Shown here one piece after another: positions 10,669 to 20,995 of a DNA stretch of 64,000 bases (within the stretch, counting starts at the first letter, position 1; every line of letters begins with the position of its first letter). The position numbers were made by a program, and so were the translations under genes. This DNA comes from a virus (Duplodnaviria > Heunggongvirae > Uroviricota > Caudoviricetes): positions 18,999 through 82,998 of IMG/VR virus record IMGVR_UViG_3300037882_002350; one strand, 5' to 3'. The notes below the pieces were generated by a model. It worked only from the letters and a program-made list of their open reading frames with translations. It was not told the DNA's origin and made no database searches.

Positions 10669-11008
10669 CCCACCGCAACTGTTTTTTAGCAGTAGTTAAA
10701 GCGGGATCTTTTCCATAAATTGCGTGTAGCTGTAAATGGTGCTTATGACACAGTGTTGTAGCTACTTCGTATAACTCTTCGTGATGCTCTGAAATAAATC
10801 TGTCTCTTATAGCAAGAACATCTTCTTCGCAATTTATAACAATATTATTATCTTTTTTCCACTTGTTATAAAGTGGGGTTAAGGTATAATGGTGGTGAAA
10901 ATCTAGGTCTTCCGTCGACCCACAAATACGGCACTCGGAACCTTTTTGATATCGTCCTTTAGCCTTATCTCGGATATATTTTATCTCGTCTCTTTTAAGA
11001 TCACTCAT
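10634..11008 (-). CDS. HNH endonuclease (terminase-associated)
   Basis: 124 aa with a CRICGS...DFHHHY...CHKHHLQLH zinc-finger/His-rich HNH signature. It sits between the large terminase and the portal. Confidence 0.55.
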   Translation of the reverse strand: MSDLKRDEIKYIRDKAKGRYQKGSECRICGSTEDLDFHHHYTLTPLYNKWKKDNNIVINCEEDVLAIRDRFISEHHEELYEVATTLCHKHHLQLHAIYGKDPALTTAKKQLRWVEIQRGKHGLN

Positions 11009-11113
11009 TTTACCTCTACTATTTATTTTGTCATTATAAACTCCCAGACCAAGAAAGTCAAGGACAATTTTATTTTGGGGGTTACAATATTATGTCTACT
11101 TTAAAATCTTTTA

Positions 11114-12481
11114 TTAAAGAGAGCCTATTGCGGCATCAAAACTATATAAAGCGTAACGAAGTGCATCAGCCATGTGGGACGCACTATCATGAACTGGTTT
11201 TTCTTTAATAAGATTAGGATTTGGGTCCCATCTATAAGCGTCAAAAGATCGTAGTGTTTGCTTACAATTTTTGTTTACAAATACTTTACCATTATCTACT
11301 ATAGAAGCCACATAACCAATACCGTCTAATAGTGATTTCTTTGCGTTCATCGTAGGTATGTCATACTCTTGTGCAAAGTCATACCTAGTTTGTTGTGCTG
11401 CCGAATCAATATATATGTAATCTAAATCCCATTTTTCTATCATAGCCTGAACATTAGCAGCATAGCCTGATGTTGTTTTCTCATTTTCATAATATTCATC
11501 TACGATATAAAATATTTCATTCTTCCAATCGTAACCCACAACAACCATTGCGGTGGCGTCACGGAAACCTAAGTCTAAGCCAGATACCATATCCATATCT
11601 AGTTCGCCAGGTGTAAATGCCGGATATTTAAGAACTGTCTCACCATTCTCTAACTCTATAGTTTCTAACGGATCTACAATGTTCTCTTTAGGTAGGTTCC
11701 ATATCTGACCTTGATAACTATTAAAGGATGCTTCATATTCTTGTTCAAACTCGGCTTTACTCATAGAGCGACGAGCATCTATAACATCTTCTTCCGTCAT
11801 ACGTGGGTTATCTTCCCAAGTAGAGTGAATAGAGCACCATTGTGGAAAGCTTTCGTGCTCCCCATTTTCCCCAATGTCAAACCCACGATTCCAGAATTCT
11901 GAAAACCAGTTGGTTTTACCACGTGGCGTACTAATAAAAATGGCGCGAGCATTGTCACGATCTAGTGTTGGACGTAACGATACGTTAAATGCATCCTTAC
12001 CCTCACTAGTCAACGCGGCTTCGTCAAATATAATTAGGTCGTATGAACGTCCTACGCAGGAATCAACTTGGTTAACAGAACCCATTCGGATCGTAGATCC
12101 GTTGCTTAGTACTATTACTCGGTCTTTGGCGTTATCCTTCTCAACTTCTAACATATGGTGACGAATGAACGCACGTTGTAGTTCCCAAGATATAGTCGAA
12201 AGATTATAGTTAGGAGACATAATAAGTATGTTTGAACCTGGAACTAGTGCTACGCACTGTCCTATAATGTTAGCTATATAAGTTTTGCCTTGACGTCTGC
12301 TAATAGCGGCGCAAACAAATCTGTATTTGTTTACCGCGTTTATAATAGCTATCTGAGACGGTAGGGGTTCTACATCAATAGATTCCAAATACCTACTAGG
12401 AGATATTTTTAGGAATCTATTTGGTAAGTCTTCAATAATATAATCTGATATTACATCGGACCTACTAATAGTTAAAGTCAT
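11114..12481 (-). CDS. terminase large subunit
   Basis: 455 aa. The N-terminal region has ATPase P-loop-like GQCVALVPGSNILIMSPN and DLIIFDEAA (Walker B). The C-terminal half is nuclease-like. It sits before the portal. Confidence 0.7.
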   Translation of the reverse strand: MTLTISRSDVISDYIIEDLPNRFLKISPSRYLESIDVEPLPSQIAIINAVNKYRFVCAAISRRQGKTYIANIIGQCVALVPGSNILIMSPNYNLSTISWELQRAFIRHHMLEVEKDNAKDRVIVLSNGSTIRMGSVNQVDSCVGRSYDLIIFDEAALTSEGKDAFNVSLRPTLDRDNARAIFISTPRGKTNWFSEFWNRGFDIGENGEHESFPQWCSIHSTWEDNPRMTEEDVIDARRSMSKAEFEQEYEASFNSYQGQIWNLPKENIVDPLETIELENGETVLKYPAFTPGELDMDMVSGLDLGFRDATAMVVVGYDWKNEIFYIVDEYYENEKTTSGYAANVQAMIEKWDLDYIYIDSAAQQTRYDFAQEYDIPTMNAKKSLLDGIGYVASIVDNGKVFVNKNCKQTLRSFDAYRWDPNPNLIKEKPVHDSASHMADALRYALYSFDAAIGSL

Positions 12482-12482
12482 C

Positions 12483-12752
12483 TTATTTCAAAAGTCCTTT
12501 TTTCTTTGTGGTTTCTGGCTCGACTATTTTGTCGTCTAGTAGTAACTCTTTTTGTTCTTCTTCCTGTTTCTCTTCTGTTGTTGTGCTTGCGAGAATTTCT
12601 TCTACGTATTGTTTTTGTTTATCACTAGCGGTAGCTAGAAGTTCGGGATGTAGATGTAAAGGTTCTTTATGCATGACGCCTTCTTTATCAACCCATTTTA
12701 CATAACCTCTTTTAATTTCCATTAGAATTTGTCTCCAAAGTGATAGTGTCAC
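12483..12752 (-). CDS. hypothetical protein
   Basis: 89-aa ORF, translationally coupled upstream of the large terminase. Acidic C-terminus. Confidence 0.3.
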   Translation of the reverse strand: MTLSLWRQILMEIKRGYVKWVDKEGVMHKEPLHLHPELLATASDKQKQYVEEILASTTTEEKQEEEQKELLLDDKIVEPETTKKKGLLK

Positions 12753-13080
12753 TTTCTTTGTTTTCAGTACTTGACATAGCCGCTATGGCGTCAAAAGCTT
12801 TTCCTGTATTATCCGCACGTTTTTCTGCTAGCATATCGCGATTCTCATCTGATTTATTAGCAGTAAAATAAAAGGCCAATATCATATTAATACAACCAGT
12901 TACAATTACTACAGTTATTAAAGTCTTAAATAATTCGACCCCCCAAAGAGCAGGATCGTACTTTGCCATCATAATCATCATAAAACCCATAGCAAAGGTG
13001 GTAAGCATTACAAGTTGTTTCTCTGTAGGCCAACCAGGTAGTCGAGATAAAACTCTATCCCAAAATTCCCAAAAGTTCAT
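12712..13080 (-). CDS. small membrane protein
   Basis: 122 aa with two hydrophobic helices (LVMLTTFAMGFMMIMMA; LITVVIVTGCINMILAFYF). Confidence 0.3.
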   Translation of the reverse strand: MNFWEFWDRVLSRLPGWPTEKQLVMLTTFAMGFMMIMMAKYDPALWGVELFKTLITVVIVTGCINMILAFYFTANKSDENRDMLAEKRADNTGKAFDAIAAMSSTENKESDTITLETNSNGN

Positions 13081-13508
13081 TGTGTAAGTTTATCCATTAG
13101 TCGACCATATGCAGTGTCTCCAAATTGATTGTTTACTTGAACTGCAACTCCCGGAACCATATTACCAGCTTCCTTAGTTGCTTTTATTTCATCCATTCTC
13201 ATTTTATGAGCCATCTGAAGTAGTTCAAGTAAATCTTTAGAAGTGTATATACCAGATTCTCTAGCGTCTTCTAATTTAGATTCAATCATTTCATCAAGCA
13301 GTTTGCCGAGCTTGTCGCGATTTCTATAACCCTGGTCTAAATAAACACCATCTAAATAGCGCTTAACCTCTGGAGTTTGTAAAACTTTAACGACTTCTTG
13401 TCTAGGGATATCCAGCTGTTCTGCTGTAGCATCTACTGTTCCGAAAAACAGAAATGAATTCGCAATATCAAAACCTTCAGGCCCTATTTTTGTAATTTCT
13501 TGTCCCAT
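13077..13508 (-). CDS. candidate terminase small subunit / DNA-binding protein
   Basis: 143 aa, upstream of the large terminase in the packaging module. The N-terminal helix-turn-helix-like segment is AEQLDIPRQEVVKVL. Confidence 0.35.
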   Translation of the reverse strand: MGQEITKIGPEGFDIANSFLFFGTVDATAEQLDIPRQEVVKVLQTPEVKRYLDGVYLDQGYRNRDKLGKLLDEMIESKLEDARESGIYTSKDLLELLQMAHKMRMDEIKATKEAGNMVPGVAVQVNNQFGDTAYGRLMDKLTQ

Positions 13509-13516
13509 ATTTTTCC

Positions 13517-13852
13517 TTAACTAGAGAACGCTACTACTAGGTCACTTACCGAAGAAACGTCCATATCCAAGTTTCCTCCTTCAATAAGTAATAGTATATC
13601 AGTGGGGTCTGCGCCTACTGCCGTGATGTGTAGTGCAGTATCACCTACTGTATTTAAATGAGTCGTGGTTAGTGCTAAATTATACCAACCGTCGCCTCTT
13701 TCTGTTATAGTTGGTGAGATTGCAGAAAAAGCTCCGCCATCTTTACTTATTGTAACTGTAAGTGTTAGACCAGTTTTACCAGTAACATGGTCTGTTGAGT
13801 CTGTCATAAAGACCATGACATTTTTTGCTGTATCTTTTTTAGCTTTACGCAT
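13517..13852 (-). CDS. hypothetical structural protein
   Basis: 111-aa ORF in the structural operon. Confidence 0.25.
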   Translation of the reverse strand: MRKAKKDTAKNVMVFMTDSTDHVTGKTGLTLTVTISKDGGAFSAISPTITERGDGWYNLALTTTHLNTVGDTALHITAVGADPTDILLLIEGGNLDMDVSSVSDLVVAFSS

Positions 13853-14077
13853 TAACTATTCTTCCTCTGCTATAACCAGAACTTCCGCCTCCCGAAGGGC
13901 TTAACGTACCTATAAAGCTACCTTGTGGACCATAAGATATATTAACTCTAACATCTCCCGTTATAGGAGATATTAGAAATAAAGTATGAGTATCTATTGT
14001 TGTGTCAGAAACGACCCCTATATTACCACGATTAGCTTCAGCTACAATATCATAGAAGATAATATCAGTTAATGCCA

Positions 14078-16234
14078 TTAGAATTCTCTAAGTACAGCTC
14101 TTACCTTGATATTATCTGCAAGGGAAGTAGGAGTTACTCTTACATAGGTATTTTCGTTACTACGATCTATATTATTGTATGTAGTCCACGCGCCGCCATT
14201 ATTTATGGATTTTTCCCAAGTCCATGCTTTTGTAACTGAATCATCAGAGCCTAGTGAGGCTCCTGTTTCTGCGTTGAATAACTCAATTTGTAATCTAGGT
14301 ACTGTTGAACCGTAAGCAACCGCGTGACGGAAACCAAATCGTTTGTTAACTAAATCAGTACCAATATTCGAAGAACCCTGCCAATAGTCTGACATATTAC
14401 TGTCTTCATACATTACGGCAACATTTAAAATTCTTGCTGGAACTAGGTGGTCTGCCATCCTAAACTCAAAACTAAATTGTATATGGGAAGCGCCTGCAAC
14501 TCCGGAAATGTCTCCAGAATTATCAATTGTCTGCCACGTACCCGAGTTATCAGAAATACCGGTTGTTCTGTATTTAATTTTGTGAGCTTCAGGTCTTACA
14601 CCAAAGTTCTTTCCTGTATCAAGACCTATAACCATATCTTCACTGGTGAATGCGGCGAGATATTGTTTGGCATTTGGAGTTGCTATACGTGGAGTGACGA
14701 TACGAGAATTTGTTGTACCTACCCACTCCCAATCACACCCGAGAGGTATAGCATAGATATGATTTAAAGCCGCCGTAGTACCTATTCTAACAGCATATAA
14801 CATACCATCTTCAATCCAGCTCGAAAACGGAGAAGCTAATTGCGAAGGTACAGGAGTAATACCGCTATCTGCTATGCCTTGGTCAACCTGTTTATGATCT
14901 ACGAATAAAACACGATCCATCTGTCCGCCGTCTGTTCTATATTGTGTTAGATAGGAACGAGCTCCTGCAACACCTGAAGACATTACAAGAAACTTATCTA
15001 TAAACCCACTGTATTCAATTGAGTTCATAACACCCGTTGCAGCGAATGTATTTATGCCACCAGGAGGAACTTCAGTCATATTATCTATTAACCAACCGGT
15101 TTCAGAAGCAACTATACTATCTACAGCTTTTGTTCTATATATTCTTGTTGCTGTAGTTAAGTATATACAATCGCTACCAGAGCCCGGCCCATGAGAGGTA
15201 TTAGCAATACGACCATTATTATTTTGAGAAGGAGCACCTACAAGAACACCACCACCACCAGTTTTAAATAGGAAAGCATTAGTGGCAGCTCCAGCTGTCA
15301 AAGTAAGATCTGCATAAACGTTGAATTTAAATAATACAGGGTTTGCAAGAGTATCTAACAACCAAAATATTCTGTTTGTTTGTGATGTTTTCTCTTGGAA
15401 TCCGCCTCCAAATGAGACAAGAGCAGTACCTGTTGCTGCATCTTTTAAGAAGTAGCAAGCACGGATACGATCTACAGTTGTCGCAGCAGGAACTGCGCCA
15501 CCAGCAGGTGCGAATAATTCTTTTTTTAAACCTTTAACAACGTATAGACCACCATTAGATGTAGTTACACTCGTACAAATAATATAAGCACGAAGATCTT
15601 CAATAACGTAAGGCGTTCCAGCAGCTATCGATCCTGCAGAAGTAGTTAGTGTTATACCTGTATCAGAGCCTACAGCTGAGATTTCATACCATTGTGTAAT
15701 CAGAGATGGGTCTGTAGAACCAAATCCAATACGATTACCAACGCAGGCTTTGTTAGCAGAAAATGTAGTTGATGTGCCGGTTACTGCTGTACCAGAAACA
15801 GCTACAGTTCCGTTAGTAATTTTTTCATATGACATACGAAGACTACGAATAGTCTTAGCTTCTAATGTACCTGGAAACGTAACAGTAATAAATCCGTCAT
15901 AAGTTAGTGTTCCAGTTATACGATCATAGCGATACATACCTAAACGACGAGTCGTTGCAGCTGTAGCGTTATCGGCTACAAATATCCAATCGGTTCTATC
16001 TGTCTCTGTCTCTGACCATCTCATAGCCCAAGGAAATGCAAAAGGAATAGCTACAGAAGCCTCCATAGGACGAGCTACAGAAACTGGTAGTGGTCCAACG
16101 AAGTTGTCATCTACTCCAGCACCTGTTTTCTGAGTCATAAGATAGCCAATACCTAAGGCGTCTTGATTATACGTACTAACACCTAGTTTGTATGATGGTA
16201 ATGAACCAAATTTTAAGATAGCTGAACGCTTCAT
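14078..16234 (-). CDS. large tail / baseplate or receptor-binding structural protein
   Basis: 718-aa Gly/Thr/Ser-rich beta protein within the tail-fibre gene block. Confidence 0.4.
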   Translation of the reverse strand: MKRSAILKFGSLPSYKLGVSTYNQDALGIGYLMTQKTGAGVDDNFVGPLPVSVARPMEASVAIPFAFPWAMRWSETETDRTDWIFVADNATAATTRRLGMYRYDRITGTLTYDGFITVTFPGTLEAKTIRSLRMSYEKITNGTVAVSGTAVTGTSTTFSANKACVGNRIGFGSTDPSLITQWYEISAVGSDTGITLTTSAGSIAAGTPYVIEDLRAYIICTSVTTSNGGLYVVKGLKKELFAPAGGAVPAATTVDRIRACYFLKDAATGTALVSFGGGFQEKTSQTNRIFWLLDTLANPVLFKFNVYADLTLTAGAATNAFLFKTGGGGVLVGAPSQNNNGRIANTSHGPGSGSDCIYLTTATRIYRTKAVDSIVASETGWLIDNMTEVPPGGINTFAATGVMNSIEYSGFIDKFLVMSSGVAGARSYLTQYRTDGGQMDRVLFVDHKQVDQGIADSGITPVPSQLASPFSSWIEDGMLYAVRIGTTAALNHIYAIPLGCDWEWVGTTNSRIVTPRIATPNAKQYLAAFTSEDMVIGLDTGKNFGVRPEAHKIKYRTTGISDNSGTWQTIDNSGDISGVAGASHIQFSFEFRMADHLVPARILNVAVMYEDSNMSDYWQGSSNIGTDLVNKRFGFRHAVAYGSTVPRLQIELFNAETGASLGSDDSVTKAWTWEKSINNGGAWTTYNNIDRSNENTYVRVTPTSLADNIKVRAVLREF

Positions 16235-16408
16235 TCTGGGAATACTCCGTCTTTAACATACTTAGCATGATAGCAAACCAAATTATCAGGATTTAAAATA
16301 TGGTATAATTCTACAAGATCATCTTCTGCGTAGTCACCTGCCGACAAAACATAAAGATTTGGGTCAAGTAAGCATGGTTCATCTTTTTCTAATCTAATCA
16401 TTAAATTC

Positions 16409-16804
16409 TCAACTTGTAACTACGCCAGTTAAAACATTAGATGTATATTGTAATGTTTTTGTGGCTATTAATGTGTTGGAGCTATTTCTTAGCTCAATAG
16501 AGGTAAGAACCCCGCTACTACGAATGAAGGTTAAGGTTTTATACAACTGGGTTTTTGCAGCGTCGGAATAGAAAGATATACTAGATAGGACGTTACCATT
16601 ATAGGTTAGTGTTTTACCTAGATACTCTTTCTTGGATACTGTAACATCTCCTGTTCCTATATCTGGACCAGTAGATGAAAAACTCATTTCAAAACCTGGT
16701 AACACTTTGCGTACCACAGCCTCACCAGCTGTAGATACGTCAAGGTCGGCACGTTTAATCGTACCGTCCTCAACTTGTGCACCATTAATTCTTGTTCTTG
16801 CCAC
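16409..16804 (-). CDS. tail fibre-like protein (short)
   Basis: The N-terminus MARTRINGAQVEDGTIKRADLD resembles the conserved N-terminus of phage tail fibres. It is a paralogue of the N-terminus of 17008..18084. Confidence 0.35.
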   Translation of the reverse strand: MARTRINGAQVEDGTIKRADLDVSTAGEAVVRKVLPGFEMSFSSTGPDIGTGDVTVSKKEYLGKTLTYNGNVLSSISFYSDAAKTQLYKTLTFIRSSGVLTSIELRNSSNTLIATKTLQYTSNVLTGVVTS

Positions 16805-17018
16805 GTACTTCTCGCGCTAGCTGTGTTCGTCCGTCTTCGGCTTTTTTCAGTCTTTCTAAAAGCAAGCCTCTTTCATGTTCACGATCACTAGCTTCTTGCT
16901 CTAATTTCTCAACGCGTCTTGTCAATTTTTCAACATTCAAATCCGCCGTTCTGCAATTTATAAACAAAACACCAATTTCACGAGCTAAATCTTCTAATAG
17001 TTCATTCTCATTTAACAT
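16785..17018 (-). CDS. coiled-coil small protein (fibre assembly?)
   Basis: 77 aa, charged heptad-like sequence (LEQEASDREHERGLLLERLKKAEDGRTQLARE). Confidence 0.3.
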   Translation of the reverse strand: MLNENELLEDLAREIGVLFINCRTADLNVEKLTRRVEKLEQEASDREHERGLLLERLKKAEDGRTQLAREVRGKNKN

Positions 17019-18084
17019 AATAAGCTCTTAGCTTGTCTCCTGTCAAAGGAGCAAACAACATAGTAATGGCAGTACCCGAAATTGTAAAGTCATTTCCCGC
17101 ACCCGGTTCTAAAACTATACCATTCAAAAACAACTGTAGCGTACCATTCTGCGGCGCAGAAGTTAAGGTAAATGCAGTGTTAGATCCGTTTATCGTACCA
17201 CTAGGAGTTTCATTATTAACGTGGTCTGTGTACTTCAAAAAGCCCGAACCAGCTGTTCGTACTATAGAAATAACACCAGTATCATTTATCGTTGCATCAC
17301 CGCTGACCGTTGTATAAGTTGCTACGCCAGAGTTATTCGCCATTAGTATTCGACCAGCAGTACCGTCAGCTATTTTAATACCATTTGCACTGCGTGTAAG
17401 TGAAGTGCCGTCTAGTTTTACACGAACGTTACCAGAGCCATCGTTTTCAACGCCCTGACCAAAGTTAACCGAAAATGTATTACCTGCAAGACCAAGTCCT
17501 GCACCATTTATATAAGATGTACCACTTAAATCTTGGTTAATGGTTACAGCAGTTGTATCAACTGTAATAGCGTCTGTGATAACCATCCATTTAGTATCTG
17601 CATAAGTAGTACCTTCTTCTACAAAGAATAAAGTAGACTTCTGAGTTGATGCGGCCGCCCACGAAGATGGGCGAGCCCATGCACCCGCAGCTACAGCCCA
17701 TGGACCGTTCTGTGACGCTGTTGTTTGCGCTCGTAGAAGCACAATTTGACCCGACGTAAGACTTACACCATCAATTGTTTGTAAACCAGTCAATGCAACG
17801 TTTGCTACAGAAACTGCTCGTGCTGAACGGATTTGAATACCATTCACAAGTCCCTGCACAGAACGCAAGTTCATAGCATCTTGAGGGTTAGTAGCATCCG
17901 CTAAGTTAGTGAGTTTAAATCCACCAACTGATTGGTCAGCAGTAAATGCAACTGTACCACCTGCACGAACGAATGTAGCTCCATCTGCCAAATTAGCAGT
18001 TGGAATACTGTACCCAGAAGCAAGTTTCGCTAGTGTTATTGTTCCGTCAGCAATCTGGGTGCCACGAAGAAAAGTTTGTGCCAT
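17008..18084 (-). CDS. tail fibre protein
   Basis: 358 aa. N-terminus MAQTFLRGTQIADGTITLAKLA. Gly/Thr/Ala-rich beta repeats. Confidence 0.45.
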   Translation of the reverse strand: MAQTFLRGTQIADGTITLAKLASGYSIPTANLADGATFVRAGGTVAFTADQSVGGFKLTNLADATNPQDAMNLRSVQGLVNGIQIRSARAVSVANVALTGLQTIDGVSLTSGQIVLLRAQTTASQNGPWAVAAGAWARPSSWAAASTQKSTLFFVEEGTTYADTKWMVITDAITVDTTAVTINQDLSGTSYINGAGLGLAGNTFSVNFGQGVENDGSGNVRVKLDGTSLTRSANGIKIADGTAGRILMANNSGVATYTTVSGDATINDTGVISIVRTAGSGFLKYTDHVNNETPSGTINGSNTAFTLTSAPQNGTLQLFLNGIVLEPGAGNDFTISGTAITMLFAPLTGDKLRAYYVK

Positions 18085-18091
18085 TTATATC

Positions 18092-18439
18092 TCAATACGT
18101 AAAGTTAATTACGTCACCGGGTTGAACACCCATAAGGGAAGGTACAGTAAGTGTTGCACCTGAAAGTGTGTAATAAGCTGGGCTTTGCATCAACCCATTC
18201 AAAAAGAATATACCGGCAACAGAAGGTCTACTTAAAATATAATTTTGTGTGCCTGTTGTAGTTACGATATGTTCAAAAGTACTAGTTAGTCCTGGCCCAG
18301 CTGGACCGGAGGGTCCTGCCGGCCCCATTACTAAAATTATTTGCTCGTCTGAAGCACTTAATATTTCAGTAATTGACTGTGTTTCAGGAAAGGCAATTTT
18401 TATTTGAGGACCTGGAGGTCTAGACCATTTAAGTAACAC
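18092..18439 (-). CDS. collagen-like repeat tail fibre protein
   Basis: Gly-X-Y run GPAGPSGPAGPG followed by a beta-rich C-terminus. Confidence 0.4.
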   Translation of the reverse strand: MLLKWSRPPGPQIKIAFPETQSITEILSASDEQIILVMGPAGPSGPAGPGLTSTFEHIVTTTGTQNYILSRPSVAGIFFLNGLMQSPAYYTLSGATLTVPSLMGVQPGDVINFTY

Positions 18440-18719
18440 TAGGGATAATCTCTATATTAACGGTAGAGGACTTCCTAACATCTCCGTTTGTTAGAGTTAG
18501 GGAAACGTCCGTAACGTATAATCCTGGGGTGGGAAAACTAGGGAGCTTTAGATTCCATCCGTTTGTAATATTTGTAACATTGAATGTACCTTCAAGCGGA
18601 TAAGGTTCTGTACGTGTCTTTTTTCGTAGTTTTGCACTTATTGAGCTTATAGTGTTTATGGAACCGTCTTCCACTGTTACATTAAATGATACTGTCTCAC
18701 CTTGTTTTAGCCTGTTCAT
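18429..18719 (-). CDS. hypothetical structural protein
   Basis: 96-aa ORF overlapping neighbours in the fibre operon. Confidence 0.25.
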   Translation of the reverse strand: MNRLKQGETVSFNVTVEDGSINTISSISAKLRKKTRTEPYPLEGTFNVTNITNGWNLKLPSFPTPGLYVTDVSLTLTNGDVRKSSTVNIEIIPSVT

Positions 18720-19009
18720 GTAATCACCATTCTTATAGGGATAATTTTAAGAGTATCACGATTGTCCCATATTCTCAATTTAAAATTAAATTCACCTGCC
18801 GTTGTGGGTATTCCTGTAACTGTAAGTCCGGAAACTGACATACCTGTCGGTAGGGCACCTTCAAAAATGTCGACGGTGTAGGGCGCCTGAGCTCCGGTTG
18901 GAACAAGCGTTACAGTTGCGGTCGAGTTGGAGGGATAGGACGGATTTTGAGTTATACTGACTTGGAAAAGTCTAGCTCGTTTTCGTCGCAAAAGAAAGTT
19001 TCGTCTCAT
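18716..19009 (-). CDS. hypothetical structural protein (first gene of late leftward operon)
   Basis: 97-aa ORF. Its start codon lies 8 nt downstream of a TTGACA-N17-TATACT promoter, so the message is near-leaderless. Confidence 0.3.
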   Translation of the reverse strand: MRRNFLLRRKRARLFQVSITQNPSYPSNSTATVTLVPTGAQAPYTVDIFEGALPTGMSVSGLTVTGIPTTAGEFNFKLRIWDNRDTLKIIPIRMVIT

Positions 19010-19017
19010 TTGGGGTA

Positions 19018-19046
19018 AGTATAGCTCGGTTAAAGCAAATTGTCAA
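19018..19046 (-). promoter_or_regulatory. sigma70-type promoter for leftward structural operon
   Basis: On the minus strand: TTGACA-17 nt-TATACT, with the ATG 8 nt downstream. Confidence 0.5.
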
Positions 19047-19080
19047 GGTTAAATTTTTTCAAGGTACTAAAAATTAAATC

Positions 19081-19109
19081 TTGACAAAACCGCCCCCTTC
19101 AGCTATAAT
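19081..19109 (+). promoter_or_regulatory. sigma70-type promoter (divergent), rightward
   Basis: TTGACA (19081-86), 17 nt spacer, TATAAT (19104-09). The ATG of 19116 is 6 nt after the -10 hexamer. Confidence 0.55.
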
Positions 19110-19115
19110 CATCTT

Positions 19116-19700
19116 ATGATAAAACATTGGACCCTTGAAGAGGAAAATAAACTTAAAGAATTAAAAGCTAAAGGAATGAAGCTAAAAGATATCGCTGTTG
19201 AGCTAGGTCGCACTTATCAGGCTGTAGCGACCAGAAGTAAACGATTGAATCCTATTCACAAAGGGGGAAATCCCTCTTGGACACAAGACGAAGTAGCTTT
19301 GCTTTATCAAGACTACGACTACAATGAGTTGGAGCAACTGCTTCCTAAATCTCGTCGAGCTATTATGTCAAAATGTGAAAAATTGGGTATAAGTAAAAGA
19401 TTTCCCGGCTCAAATAAATCAGTTGGAACTATGTATACGGATAAAGTTACCACGCTATATCTTGTAGATTTTGGGAGCTTTAAAAAAGTAGGTATAACCC
19501 AGGTAGATTTAGAAATTCGTTTTAAACAAGACAAACCTTTTAAAATTTTAGACAAGATAGAGCTTGATCTGGATGAGGCTAAATATTTTGAAGAAGAAAT
19601 ACTTCGGAATATGCGCGGGTTTCGTGTGTTGGGGGATATTCGACGAGGCTTTGGAGAGTGTTTTGATTATAACTGCACCCAATTAGAGGATTTGCTTTAA
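19116..19700 (+). CDS. SANT/Myb-like HTH plus T5orf172 (GIY-YIG-related) domain protein
   Basis: N-terminus WTLEEENKLKELKAKGMKLKDIAVELGRTYQAVATRSKRL (helix-turn-helix). The C-terminal part TTLYLVDFGSFKKVGITQ...RF resembles the T5orf172/MUG113 domain. It is a paralogue of 47009..47644. It may start at the internal Met at 19176, which has a good RBS. Confidence 0.4.
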   Translation: MIKHWTLEEENKLKELKAKGMKLKDIAVELGRTYQAVATRSKRLNPIHKGGNPSWTQDEVALLYQDYDYNELEQLLPKSRRAIMSKCEKLGISKRFPGSNKSVGTMYTDKVTTLYLVDFGSFKKVGITQVDLEIRFKQDKPFKILDKIELDLDEAKYFEEEILRNMRGFRVLGDIRRGFGECFDYNCTQLEDLL

Positions 19701-19706
19701 AAAGTT

Positions 19707-19737
19707 ACACGTGTGGGGGAGCCCACACGTTCTTTGA
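19707..19737 (+). terminator. intrinsic terminator
   Basis: Perfect hairpin ACACGTGTGGG-ggag-CCCACACGT followed by a T-rich tail. Confidence 0.45.
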
Positions 19738-20214
19738 AATATCATGTCTTGGAACCGCCCTAATTGCGCAACATTATTGCGCGCAATTATATTACAATTC
19801 ATTCAGATGAATTAACATTATCTTGCGTTATTGACCTTGAATAAGCAACAAGCTTGCTTGATTTTGTAATATTCGCTTTTGTCAAGCATTATTTTCGGAA
19901 CAAAACGTGAAAACGCCGCACAGCGCGAAACTTTATTTTTATGGACTAAGGTAAGCAAAAGGGCAAATGGCTCTCAGGAGGCTTCCTAGGGGCTTACGGG
20001 GCATATGCTATGTTTGGCATGATTATTGCATGGCAATATGGCCTGCCAAACTTGGCATGATTCTTGCATATATGATACGTTATATCATCTGTTATAGCGG
20101 AACAAAACGTGAATTCGTTTCATCGCATAAAACACTCGATTCGTCGCAACACTATATGCAAGGTTTGATAGGGTGTTAAGATAGGACATCAAGACAACGA
20201 AGGGACTAAAAAAA

Positions 20215-20451
20215 ATGGCAACTCGCAAACAAACAGAAACGATTGCAACAATAAGAGCTAAGGGCTTGACTTGTCGCTGCATTAATGGGGAATTTAGAAT
20301 TTCCTTTCCGTTGGAAACTATTAGCGCGCAATGGCCTAGCCTTTCATATAATGAAATAAAGGGCAAGAATGAAGCACTGGCCTACTATACTGATTGCGCA
20401 ATAGACGCTATCGGCACGGCTAACGCTATGTTAACGGCTTGGGGTAAGTGA
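20215..20451 (+). CDS. hypothetical protein
   Basis: 78-aa ORF with RBS-like aaaaaaATG context. First gene after the repeat-rich intergenic region. Confidence 0.3.
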   Translation: MATRKQTETIATIRAKGLTCRCINGEFRISFPLETISAQWPSLSYNEIKGKNEALAYYTDCAIDAIGTANAMLTAWGK

Positions 20452-20710
20452 TATGAAACCGTTTACACTTTTTTGCATTGTCTATTGCTCTATCGCTTTT
20501 GTTTTACTAATGTATATTTGTTCAAAGAAAGGTTAATAAAATGTCGAGACGAATCCTAGACGCCATGACAATGGCGGAACTAAACGAAAAAATGTCGCAG
20601 CTAGAAGCTTCACCCGAAACGGCGTTACGCAACTTCCAGATTGAAAAGCTTTCAGATTATATATATGAACGCATCAGTGCTTGCGTGCAATAATAGAAAG
20701 GCGGCAAAAA

Positions 20711-20995
20711 ATGTCCTGCAATGATTACTATAGAAGCGTTGCAATGGAAATAGCAGCAGATCAGGCGATGGAAAAAGCCCCTAAGCTTTGGCTATCGCCG
20801 CTTGAAAATTGCAATTGCTGCAATCGTGATTTTAATAACACAATGTTCGACGCTCGCTTACCATTTGGTTGGGGCAACTACTGCGCGCCTTGCTTTAAGC
20901 GAAACGGCGGAAAGCTTGGGACCGGTTTAGGTCAACGATATGAACGACAAGAAATTAAGGGCTTAGGTTTAGCTTGGGTTAAGACAGGGGGATAA
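20711..20995 (+). CDS. Cys-rich hypothetical protein
   Basis: Internal-ATG version of ORF 20681..20995. Has a CNCCNRD...CAPCF cysteine cluster. Confidence 0.3.
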   Translation: MSCNDYYRSVAMEIAADQAMEKAPKLWLSPLENCNCCNRDFNNTMFDARLPFGWGNYCAPCFKRNGGKLGTGLGQRYERQEIKGLGLAWVKTGG

